Positions 39,001 to 47,900 of a stretch of 64,000 nt of DNA are shown here, piece after piece. Origin of the DNA: an uncultured Gammaproteobacteria bacterium (lineage in GTDB: Bacteria; Patescibacteriota; Microgenomatia; UBA8517); assembly GCA_964583685.1 (NCBI GenBank), contig CAZOVJ010000001.1, positions 4,033 to 68,032 of the forward strand, given 5' to 3'. Under the pieces are notes generated by a model. That model saw only the letters and a list, made by a program, of their open reading frames with translations, was not told the DNA's origin and ran no database searches. A program made the position numbers and the translations under genes. Every line of letters begins with the position of its first letter. Positions within the stretch are counted from its first letter, which is position 1.

Positions 39001-41272
39001 AGTAGATGCGGAAGGAGTCGATAATGCCATTGAAGTAACCACCGGGGCTTCCTCCGGAATTCCATCTACCAATATCTCTGGTGTTTGTTGTTATAGTGCC
39101 TCCAGCATCATTATCACTGCCTTCAAGCACTCCGTTTAGATAAACATACACATTGGCTCCATCTCTTACACCTACAGCGTGATACCAAGTGCCATTTTGT
39201 AAAGTTGTAGTTCCTTGGGCTAAAGCAGAATTTCCTCCGGTGTCGTTTCTAGTGATAAAAGCAATGTTGCTACTCGGTGTATAGAGTTGACCCAAAATCG
39301 AATCGCTATCTGTTGTGCTTCTTTGGGCAAAAATACTTTTTGTTGTACTAGGATCAGATGTTCTAAACCAGGCTTCTACAGTATAAGTAGTTCCAGATAA
39401 TGGATTGTTGGAGAGTGAAACATAATCATTACTTCCGTCAAACATCAATGCTGCCGGATTATTTTGAGGCCAGCGGCCGTTATTGGTTGTCCAGCCGCTT
39501 CCGGCAACAACATCCTGGCCTGAGGTATTAGAGAAACTATTGAGTGTACCAGTGTTTCCTTGACCAGATGAGTCAGCTGCAGAAGTATCTGAAGTCTCGT
39601 TGAACTTCCAAAAGCCTGCAAGATTACTAGACGAATATGGAGTCTCGCCATCGCCGGTTTGGACGCCTGACTCTGTCCATTCAAGTGAGTCAAGGCTGGC
39701 TACTAATGTTCCCAGGTCAATTGAATCCGAGGTATAAACAGCATATGGCCGGCGCTGGGCAGCAAGCTTAATTTCTTCCGGTGTCCGGGCAATATTGGAG
39801 ATGCGAACTTCGTCAATAAGGCCATCAAAACGATAAGAAGCCCAACTTGTTCCTCCAGCTCCAAGGTGTAGTGCTCCCCCGTTGGTACCTGCTGTTGCTG
39901 TGACAGTTTTTACAGATTTACCATCTACATAGAAAATGCCTGTAGTCCCCGAACGAGTATAAGCCACATGTTTCCATTCGCCGTCTTCTTTAATTTCATG
40001 TCCACTGTAAGCCCAAGTGCCTCCACCCCAAAAACTTAATTCATTAGTGCTGTTATTTCTTAGAGCGAAAATGAAGCCGTTACTGCCACCAGTATATGTT
40101 CCTACAATACCCTTCGAATCGTCGGCAATATTGTCTGGGTTGATCCAAACTTCTACTGTATAGTCACCTGATAGGGTGAATTGATCGCTATCCGAAATAG
40201 AAACATAGTCGGTATCAGCATCGAAACTACCAGAATGAGACCCGAGCTTGGCAGGGGTTGAAAATGTGGGGGTTCCTTGAGCAGTACCATTGTGGCCATT
40301 TTTAGAACTATCATTCCAGCTGTTATTCATATGCCAAAGGCCGACGGTGTGCCCGTCGGCCGGTAGCTCTTGATAATAGGTTTCCAGGCTGGGAGAGGCG
40401 CCTGAACCAGTGTCTTTTACCCGGTTGAATTGGCCGTTAGCAAACTCGCTTGATTCATCATGAACAACCGTTGGATCAATGAGTACAGGAAATACTCGTT
40501 CCGGAGAATTAAGCCAATTCGGGTCAATGGTAATAATGGCGCTATAATTTTTTGTTTCTAAATCCCTTTTGATTAAGATTTGTACATTATCGGTCTGAGA
40601 AGTCTTTGCATCATAAGCAAAAGGCTTTTCAAAATGGAAGAGGTAATTGCCATCTTTATCAAAAAAAGCGGTGCCGCTAATATTTTCGGTGATATATTGG
40701 GGAATTGCCCCTTCTGTTTTTAAGCCAAAGGGAAACCTAACAATTTGAGAAGGCTGGTTGATGATTATTTCTTCTTTGACTCCCAGGGGAATAGTTTGAT
40801 ATTCAAAGTCTATGTTTGGATATACATTTTTAAAAAGCAGTTTTTTATCTTCTTTAATTGGAACTTGCAGTTTTTTATTGACGCCGGCAGGAACAAAAGC
40901 GATTTTATTGTTCTCGGAAGTGCTAAATTCAACAATTGGCAGATTTGAATTTTTATCGCCTAACTGAACCTGAAATTTTTTGGATTTGGCCGTATAAAGA
41001 TAAAGCGAGTTTTGGGCAGCCATTTTCAGTTTAGGGGCCCGAGGAATCGAAGCCCATTTTTTATAAAGGGGAGCAATAATGGCGATAAGTAAAATACTAA
41101 TTCCGAAAGTAAGGGCTATTCTTTTCTTTCTCCGGCTGCTATGTTTGCATTTCCAGACTACCAGCTTGAGCAAATAATGGCAGTATTTGAGATAATAAGA
41201 AAAATAGGCAGGAATTTTCTTCTTACTGATTTTACCTCTAGGGTATACGCGAGGCCTTGACATATTAGTCAT
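33020..41272 (-). CDS. giant surface protein (2750 aa) with four LamG/ConA-like domains, a Gly-rich region and FN3-like domains
   Basis: N-terminal TM; four F.G.ID(E/S)(V/F)RI motifs; GGGGGxGG tracts; YAYRVRAY FN3-like C-terminus. Confidence 0.85.
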   Translation of the reverse strand: MTNMSRPRVYPRGKISKKKIPAYFSYYLKYCHYLLKLVVWKCKHSSRRKKRIALTFGISILLIAIIAPLYKKWASIPRAPKLKMAAQNSLYLYTAKSKKFQVQLGDKNSNLPIVEFSTSENNKIAFVPAGVNKKLQVPIKEDKKLLFKNVYPNIDFEYQTIPLGVKEEIIINQPSQIVRFPFGLKTEGAIPQYITENISGTAFFDKDGNYLFHFEKPFAYDAKTSQTDNVQILIKRDLETKNYSAIITIDPNWLNSPERVFPVLIDPTVVHDESSEFANGQFNRVKDTGSGASPSLETYYQELPADGHTVGLWHMNNSWNDSSKNGHNGTAQGTPTFSTPAKLGSHSGSFDADTDYVSISDSDQFTLSGDYTVEVWINPDNIADDSKGIVGTYTGGSNGFIFALRNNSTNELSFWGGGTWAYSGHEIKEDGEWKHVAYTRSGTTGIFYVDGKSVKTVTATAGTNGGALHLGAGGTSWASYRFDGLIDEVRISNIARTPEEIKLAAQRRPYAVYTSDSIDLGTLVASLDSLEWTESGVQTGDGETPYSSSNLAGFWKFNETSDTSAADSSGQGNTGTLNSFSNTSGQDVVAGSGWTTNNGRWPQNNPAALMFDGSNDYVSLSNNPLSGTTYTVEAWFRTSDPSTTKSIFAQRSTTDSDSILGQLYTPSSNIAFITRNDTGGNSALAQGTTTLQNGTWYHAVGVRDGANVYVYLNGVLEGSDNDAGGTITTNTRDIGRWNSGGSPGGYFNGIIDSFRIYSRALGADEILSNYQSGQIEFQTRTSADNSSWEAWKPTANETQIDSMDNPLNWATPSASIWEGVPIATSSSSLAIEGNGSLKTILGAPQVDSHTVALWHLDETNGDLEGDDVFDETANNNDGELYGTAPGPEPVESIFGKARDFNGTDDYVDCGDDNIWDFGSGNYAIEAWVKRNSFNTNDMIIGKDDDGSGNRQFFMLIHSDDDIRFSYTDTGDNQIYLDSSSTITDNEWHYLAGQRNGDSFEIYIDGVLDNSGTTSGTHGTMDSTVTNLLIGKRHYSGYTDEFDGIIDEVRISNVARSAEEISEAYRAGRDHRLGRTISSTDLSSKGKLPFYIAADRPGTYLETTIGESAYTNNQPDGNTKGLWHLEENQPIFYDYFLTDTTGRYSWETVDTNAPTNSHAWDSSNHWLHVLTGDNDAENATAYADIPTSGYAKIVFIKRLDYPTDNVQSLYLFQDANNYYQFNWQGSGYSTQGVYKVVGSSTVDSSAERGTVDTNGNEYTIEMWWTPSSMKLAIDGTVRKDITTTNTTAINPSYFKFYSSQINFDWESIEIHSLDEIKDSSGNGNHGYPSGTTFLQGKIGKARDLNGSSNYINVNDSASLDMTDSYTTEAWVRFDTTSSNQVIYAKGKSGDVYNGGLDWTTTDNFRFYGSPTGGAAVTYTLTPNTGEWYYIVGVFDNSGNTSKLYINGAEVASATDNGTPTANNYPLWIGARKSSTGGVENPFDGTIDEVRISDTARTAAQIRQAYEIGQRTHPITIDFAAKLDANDIKGTSEANAKTDTSITIDATHFGLTDKGSNLYEDDKIIVRENYGGTEYIAQGTVSSITTSTGAVTVDSWTGTVPNPDTGVCGGSDTHCFTSNASVFKWQREYWDISDPPDNQLDTCTQLTLRVTNADEGRTVWLDDFESASDYMATPGGSSISSTAQRYFQYRAIISNHSPSPSLTSVTLNYTENNPPGATTLSDAYLHDNLKTNDTTPEIRFAATDPESDNLTYQIQWDTDTSFPSPSSAVSDTNPGFTNVDDGGDDDPFNSGDTISYTFQAALTNNTTYFYKVHAKDPGGSNTYGNWSSVRSFTIDTSLTNDAWFQTHADQFSTDTLANGATVDDSSNYVYTLSSFQIDNADTASNWVSSDTGDLLVEQETSLKQEGTGSVKLSNNFTGDGADGAITVSSNKNLNTDPIASGRSVADAEAFQVSSIGTNIITVTGTGTDGTAASSLSNSISSDDEIILINLRDSSSTYTNVGNYEFCQVSSISSATITCNINIQKTYGESSNSDLTGQNVVVQRVPNYTNVTINNGITLTVNSWNGTYGGLIAFRANGTVTVTGTIDTYEKGYRGGSGSSGDNYGYQGESTSGTGSKSMSYKQQGGGGGGDKHVPAAHNASGGGGGGYGTNGSNGKPCTQGGGVGAGGHTYGSSSLDKLYLGSGGGEGGSKDPRSGGNGGNAGGIVFIGTDTISVSGYIKANGRNGWPGQPSEPYTAGGGGGSGGSILLQANTATLGSSLVKAGGGSGGSGYVWGGAGGSGGSGRIRVEADSITGTTSPAASTTGSPSGDALNETATLTKSATDLSITSFITFWARSDRTGQFMRFQFGESASDEQTYDITINSADTWEKKTWDISGISAADRDAVTKFAYKVTNADSAFAFYFDDIQATYSSGTIMSTSITVVNIYSSASHWKQLLFTDDEANGDIKYKIYYDDSGTPTIVPDGDLTDNSSGFDTSPVDLTSLDTTSYPILYVQGTLTYSGGSPQLQDWQLSLNTKPNTPSLDLPSDTASNQILYTVLKTTTTDADSDYLHYKIELDTVNTFDSANLQTFDQTESQTGWSGQDAQSETAYASGTQATYTIQTALDNNTTYYWRSYAIDPAGTNLWSSTQETPYSFTTAAKPNAPSHCLIEEAVDDSYLNLKWQDNSGDETGFDIQRNESAAGFTSLTTKPADSTSHQDSTISQTNTYAYRVRAYKTVGGETLYSGWCTTATVSLESATFEFQGVNIQGVDLQ

Positions 41273-41324
41273 AATTTGTTACTATACTTTCAATCACGCC
41301 CCTCGGGAAACCGGGGGGACATTT

Positions 41325-41897
41325 TTAGCTACACCCCGCCTTTGAGTGGGGATGATTTTTGAAAACAGGCATTTTGTTTATTTCGGTTTTGAAAATCCCC
41401 TTTTTCATTTCCCATACTTCTTTGCCCAAATGATGTTTGGCGTAGATGACAATTACTTGTTTTTTCTGTTTGATCAAATATCTATAAAGGGGGGCGAAGT
41501 CACCATCACCAGAAAAGAAGATATATGAATCGAATTTATTGGGATTGAGCAAAATCTCCATACATATTTCTAAATCAAAGTCGCATTTCCTTTTGAAAAT
41601 GGGAGGATGATCATTGATTTTTATATGTTTGACCGGCTTGGTGCGGAGATGGAAGCCAATGTTTTTGATTCTGGTTAAAAAGGCTTTGGATTTTGGGTGA
41701 TTGTCGGTGCCGTAGTAAAAATTGATCTGCTTGATTTTTTTATATGATTTGAGATAGCGGAAGAGTTTGATAGGGGAGATGGCTTTTTTAAGCGAATTTC
41801 TCCAGCCATAAACGTTGGCCCAATCAATAAATACAGCAGTTTTGCCTTTAAGCTTCAAGAATGTTGTTGATTTTTGTTTGTGTTTTAAGTTTTTCAT
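41325..41897 (-). CDS. NYN (LabA/DUF88) domain protein
   Basis: VFIDWANV, KCDFDLEI and FSGDGDF motifs. Confidence 0.88.
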   Translation of the reverse strand: MKNLKHKQKSTTFLKLKGKTAVFIDWANVYGWRNSLKKAISPIKLFRYLKSYKKIKQINFYYGTDNHPKSKAFLTRIKNIGFHLRTKPVKHIKINDHPPIFKRKCDFDLEICMEILLNPNKFDSYIFFSGDGDFAPLYRYLIKQKKQVIVIYAKHHLGKEVWEMKKGIFKTEINKMPVFKNHPHSKAGCS

Positions 41898-41908
41898 TTC
41901 TGTTTTAT

Positions 41909-41949
41909 CACACCTCTAAGGTGTCTCCATTTTTCACCTTAGAGGTGTG
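41909..41949. repeat. REP-like perfect 15-bp inverted repeat
   Basis: CACACCTCTAAGGTG-N11-CACCTTAGAGGTGTG; the same 15-mer occurs at 30843-30857. Confidence 0.75.
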
Positions 41950-44900
41950 CTATTCTGTGACATCAATAATCCACCAGTTGAATTCCACGTCTACTTCTAG
42001 GGCCTGATTAAATCCGACGACAAAGTTGGGCTTACATTCCTGAGTTTCTTCAGTACAGCTATTCTTGCTCTTGACATAGAGAACATTGTTCAGAGTAGAG
42101 GAGGTGGGTGTAACATAAATCAGGCTGTAGTCGGTCACCCTTGGATTCTTGATGGTTATTTCTCGACTGCCAGCCGGAATCATGGCCTTGCCGGCCGTGG
42201 CATTGGTTTCCGTCACCAGGCCAGTGAGCAAGGTGGCCGAGGTGGTTGCTTCGCTGCCGGCAATAATTAGCTTATCAGTGCTGACGGTTTTGAACTGGCC
42301 AGAGCCTGAGGCATCAATACTGGCAATCTCATTGCCTTCCGCATCAAGCAGATTGAGTAATTTTCCAAACCCGCCTGCCGGCGAGGCAGGCCCGCCATTT
42401 TCCTGTTCACTTTCTCTCAGAGTCAGGCCCGAGGCTTCAATCTGGCCCCCAACATAAAGATTGCCTGTAATTTGCATGTTTCCATCAGTGTCTATCCTCA
42501 CCTTACCGGCCATGATTTCCAAAGGCGCCAGGGCCAGGGACTGTAATTTCAAAGGAGCAGAGAGGGTGTCAATAGAATTAATGGTCAGTGATTGGTCATC
42601 GGTCATTTGTGATTGGATTATTAAATCGGGGCCGATGGTCAGAGATTGAGAAAGTGATAGGCTATTCATGGCAGCCGTTTCAGTGACATAAAGATTGTTA
42701 AGAGCCAACTCATCGAGATTGCTAGAATCTGTGGCTGTATTAATATTCCAATCCGTGGAATCAGCCAAAAGTGATTGCTCTTCTTCTGCCTCCCTCAATA
42801 ATTCTTCAATTTCCTCAAGCGTGATAGACTGCTCACTGTCCACTGTTGACAGTTCACTGGTAACTATTTCATCGGCGTAGATTTTTTTAGCATGTAATTC
42901 TCCAGCAATAGTGGCATCGCTGGCTACTGCTAGCTGGTTGCTGCTCATCTTTCCACTAAAGCTGGCCTGCCTCGCCTCAAGGTCTCCGGCAAGGCGGGCG
43001 TTCCCCTCAGCATCAATTGAGGCTACTTCCTCGCCTCCTTCACCTTTAACAATTAACTTTCCAAAGGCCGATTCCGAAGCATCCGGGCTGCTGTTATCCA
43101 AATCAATGACCAAATTACCATCAGGCACGGGCGAGATGAGCTCGGTTTCAATCAAGGCTGTCTTTATTCCCACCGCCCGCAAGCCATCAACAGCCAATTC
43201 TCTGGCCGTTATTGCCCCGGCTTTGATATTTTCTGTTACTTCAAGGGCAAAGGTCTTTATCTCTTTTGCAGATAGGGTTTCATAAATATTGACAACAGCG
43301 GCCGAAAGGGTTTTACTAGCCAGATTGCCAAGTTGGCTTAATTGTTCAAGAATGGCTTGGCTTTCACCTTCAGAGATAGTGATCGGACTGCTGTCTTCCA
43401 ATTTGCTGTGCCATGCACCGAGTCCCAGAAGATTGCCGGTCTGGTCAATGGCATAGGTGCCGGCTTCTCTGTCAGTAATCTTGACCTGATCAAAAACTTC
43501 ATCCCCAGTATCAACGCCAGGGTTGTAGTAGGAAAGGTTGACAAAAGCCATGACTTGACCAGAGTAGCCATTGAATTCTTCCATGGCCTTGCCAATAATC
43601 GGTCCAGCAGAATTGGCTTTCATGGCTACACCAGGGACAGAAGAGCTAGTCAAGGGGTCGCCGCGCTTAATTACGCCACCTTCAAGGCTAACCTTGACCG
43701 GAACCCGGCCGGCCAAAGCAACAGGGTAGGCATCTGACTGCTGACGAGTGCCATCAATGTTACCCAGTACCATGCCCGGTTCAGAGGAAACAATACCAAT
43801 GCTGCTGGGGTCATAAGCTTGGCTAGATTTGTTAATCTTTTTGTCTTCATTAAAGTTAATGGCAACAACATCACCCGCCCCAAGAGGCTCGGTGCTTCGG
43901 TAGTATTCGGCCAAATCAGCACCAGCCCCAGTCCTTCTGCAATAAATGGCCCACCAAAACAAGCGAAGATATGATCCTGAGCCAGGAACCTTACCCCGAA
44001 CCCTGAAAGTTACGGTTCCGCTGCTGGGCATCGTGACGCCCGTCGCCGAGAGGGCAATCGGGGAGCGTGATGTGAAGCTGACCTCAGACCCAGAGATGGA
44101 CTGCGAGTTGGTCACGTCGTAGAGTTCAAGGTAGCCCGTGCCGTCCTGATCCATCTGGGTGAGTACCCAGAAGTCGAAGGTCCAATGTGTGCCTAGACCG
44201 CCCATGTTCACTGTCACACTCGATTGGGAGGCGAAGTCTGCATAGGTGGCTGATGTGGTTACTCTTTGATTTGGGTCAGTGGCGACGTATTGGATATCGG
44301 GGGCTGTTTCCAGGTCTCCTTCATCTATACAACCGTCGCACTCAAAGTCGGTTGCAGTAACAGTACCACTAACTTCAAGAGCGGTTGAGGGATTCGTTGT
44401 GCCAATTCCTACCTTGCCAGAATTATCGATGACAAATTTAGGCGTTCCTGAAGCGGAAGCGGTAAAGATGTCTCCACCTTTGGTTTGATTGACCATTAGG
44501 GCCGCCTGGCCAAGATTGGCCGTATTCTCAATCAACCAACTGGAAGCAGACAGAGTATTATAAGCAGTGGTCGGAGTATCGGTGAAGGTGATGGTTGATG
44601 TTCCCAAGGTTTTATTGGCAATAATTAAGCCATCCAGAAACAAAACTCCGTCAATTTCCAGGTCGCCGCTGATAAGCAAGTCATCTGCGGCAGTCAGGTT
44701 GCCTGAGTGGCCAGTTGTTGCTGTGCCAAATCGAGAATAGGCGGCGGTTGTTGTCGAGCCGACCTGCAGAGCATCATTGATGCCGACCCTACCAGAGTGC
44801 TCAATAACGAATTTGGTTGTTCCCGAGGCCGAGGCTGTAAAGATGGCCTGGTCACCGGTTTCATTGAAGATTGCTAAGGCTTTACCGACAACAGCTCCAT

Positions 44901-47900
44901 CAACATGAAGTTTGGAGATTGGAGAAGCGGTGCCAATACCGACCTGACCGGCAAAATAGGCGTCATTGACATTAATCAGATTGTCGCTGGCCAGAGAAAT
45001 GTTGTCAGATGCAGCGTTGATGGTAATATCCCCGGAGTCGTTGGAAATTGTCGAGGTTGCATTATAAAGCTTGAGAACACCCGCGTTGGTTAAAGCCATT
45101 TTTGGCGTGCCCGAAGCAGAGGCTGTTAGTATATCTCCATCTTTGGTTTGGTTGACCATCAAGGCAGCTAGACCAACATTGGCCGTGTTTTCAATCAGCC
45201 AACTGGAAGCAGAAAGTGAATTGTAGGAAGTGGTCGGCGTATCGGTGAAGGTGATTGTTGATGTTCCCAGGGTTTTATTGGCAATAATTAAGCCATCCAG
45301 AAACAAAACCCCATCAATTTCCAGGTCGCCGCTTACAAGTAAATCATCAGCAGTTGTCAGATTACCGGCATGACCCGTGGTAGCAGTGCCAAATCGGGAA
45401 TAGCTAACATCAGCTGCCGCCCCTCCAGCCTGAAGGTCTCCAGACAGGCCTACATGGAAAGTAGCAGAAGAAGTAGAGGTTCCTCCTACAGCTAGTTCAT
45501 AGACACTCTCATGCCTGGGAGCAATGACATTGGAGGAGAGTTGCCAGTAACCAGAGAAACTAGTTTCACCAGCAGCTATCTCTCTAACATAATTAAGGGC
45601 ATCAACCAAGGCTCTGTCTCCAGAGGGGAAAGGGCTGAGGTCTGTATCAGAGACAGTTAAAGGAATATTGGTCGCATTATCATCTGTAAACAAAAGATCT
45701 CCTACAGAAGAGAGAGTAAGATTACCAGAGGTTGTTGTAGAAAAGGTTAGATTTGCATCTGAGCGGGTAATTAAACCTCCATCGGCAGTAATGGTACCAG
45801 TAGCTGTCAAAGCATCATCTACATTGACTGTGCCTCCAGCAGAATCAAGGGTTAAGTTACCAGAAACAGTATCTATTTCCTCGTCTCCGGTTACTCCTAC
45901 CTTAATATTACCAGCTGTTACTCCAGCAAAAGAGGGATTGGCATCAGTGGTTAAGTCCTGATTAACATAAGTATCATCTTCTACTGTTAAGGTCTTACTA
46001 GCAGCAGAGAAGGTGAGGGTACCAGCATGACCATCTCCAATGGTAAAATCTTCATTTAAGGTCAGGCTTCTATCACCAGCAGCTACCAGGAAATTCAAGG
46101 TTCTGTCTGCTACTGTTTCATTTTCATTCCAAACAAGACTTAATTGATGGGAATCATTAGTATCCTGTATCTGCAGATAATCAGCCAAAACATAGGAAGA
46201 GAAACTACCATAACCTCCAGTGGTAGTAATATTACCAGTGGCTGTCAAAGTGCCATTAACACTCAAGGCACCAGAAGCCAGTTGTATTAAATCAGTATCA
46301 GTAGAGATGCCAATATCTCCACCGTTAACTTGAAGATTATCAGTAATAGCTAGATAACTACCAGTAACATCAATAGTTAAGTTTCCAGCATTACTAACAG
46401 TAAACCTGGCATCATATGTATCATCAGTATGTGTCAGTCTTAATTGTTCTGAGCTTGAAGATACTTCTAATTTAGCATCTGGACTTGAATCTCCAATGCC
46501 AATATTGTCTGCTCCCGCATCAACAAAGAACAAATTAACATCTGTATCTCCTTCTATTCTCAAATCAGCATCATTGCCTTGTTCATTAAAGACAGCACCT
46601 CCATCAGCATGGAAGATAATATCTGCAGAAGAGCTGGCCGTGTCGCCAATAAGAACATCAAGGGTAGTATTGATAGGATAGAGAGCGCCGCTACTTTCAG
46701 TCCACCAGCCCTCACCACCTCCGCTTTGGGCTACCCAGGATAAAGTGCCTGTACTATTGGTGGAAAGAATATCACCAGAAGAACCATCACTCCCAGGCCA
46801 GGTATATACCACTGTATTAAATTGAGTAGTCCCTATATTGGCCAGATTGCCTGAATTATCTATCCTGTTAGTAGAATTAGTCTGAATTACTCCTCCAGAG
46901 GAATCAATATTACCAGTAGCTGTCAAAGCATCATCTACATTGACTGTGCCTCCAGCAGAATCAAGGGTTAAGTTACCAGAAACAGTATCTATTTCCTCGT
47001 CTCCGGTTACTCCTACCTTAATATTACCAGCTGTTACTCCAGCAAAAGAGGGATTGGCATCAGTGGTTAAGTCCTGATTAACATAAGTATCATCTTCTAC
47101 TGTTAAGGTCTTACTAGCAGCAGAGAAGGTGAGGGTACCAGCATGACCATCTCCAATGGTAAAATCTTCATTTAAGGTCAGGCTTCTATCACCAGCAGCT
47201 ACCAGGAAATTCAAGGTTCTGTCTGCTACTGTTTCATTTTCATTCCAAACAAGACTTAATTGATGGGAATCATTAGTATCCTGTATCTGCAGATAATCAG
47301 CCAAAACATAGGAAGAGAAACTACCATAACCTCCAGTGGTAGTAATGTTGCTATCAGAGGTAATACTGCCTACATCACTAATATTACCTGAACTATCTAT
47401 ATCAAAAGCACCATTAGCTGCCTTCACTGCTCCTGTATTGGCTGCAACATGGAAGGTAGCAGCTGCAGTAGAGGTTCCTCCTATCCCCAAATCATGCCAA
47501 AGGGCATTCTTGGGATGAATAGTTTCTCCGGTTAAGGTCCAATATATTCCTCCAGCTACAGCCACATCAGGATCTACCCAAGAAAGAGTGCCTGTACTAT
47601 TGGTGGAAAGAATATCACCAGAAGAACCATCACTCCCAGGCCAGGTATATACCACTGTATTAAATTGAGTAGTCCCTATATTGGCCAGATTGCCTGAATT
47701 ATCTATCCTGTTAGTAGAATTAGTCTGAATTACTCCTCCAGAGGAATCAATATTACCAGTAGCTGTCAAAGTGCCATTAACACTCAAGGCACCAGAAGCC
47801 AGTTGTATTAAATCAGTATCAGTAGAGATGCCAATATCTCCACCGTTAACTTGAAGATTATCAGTAATAGCTAGATAACTACCAGTAACATCAATAGTTA

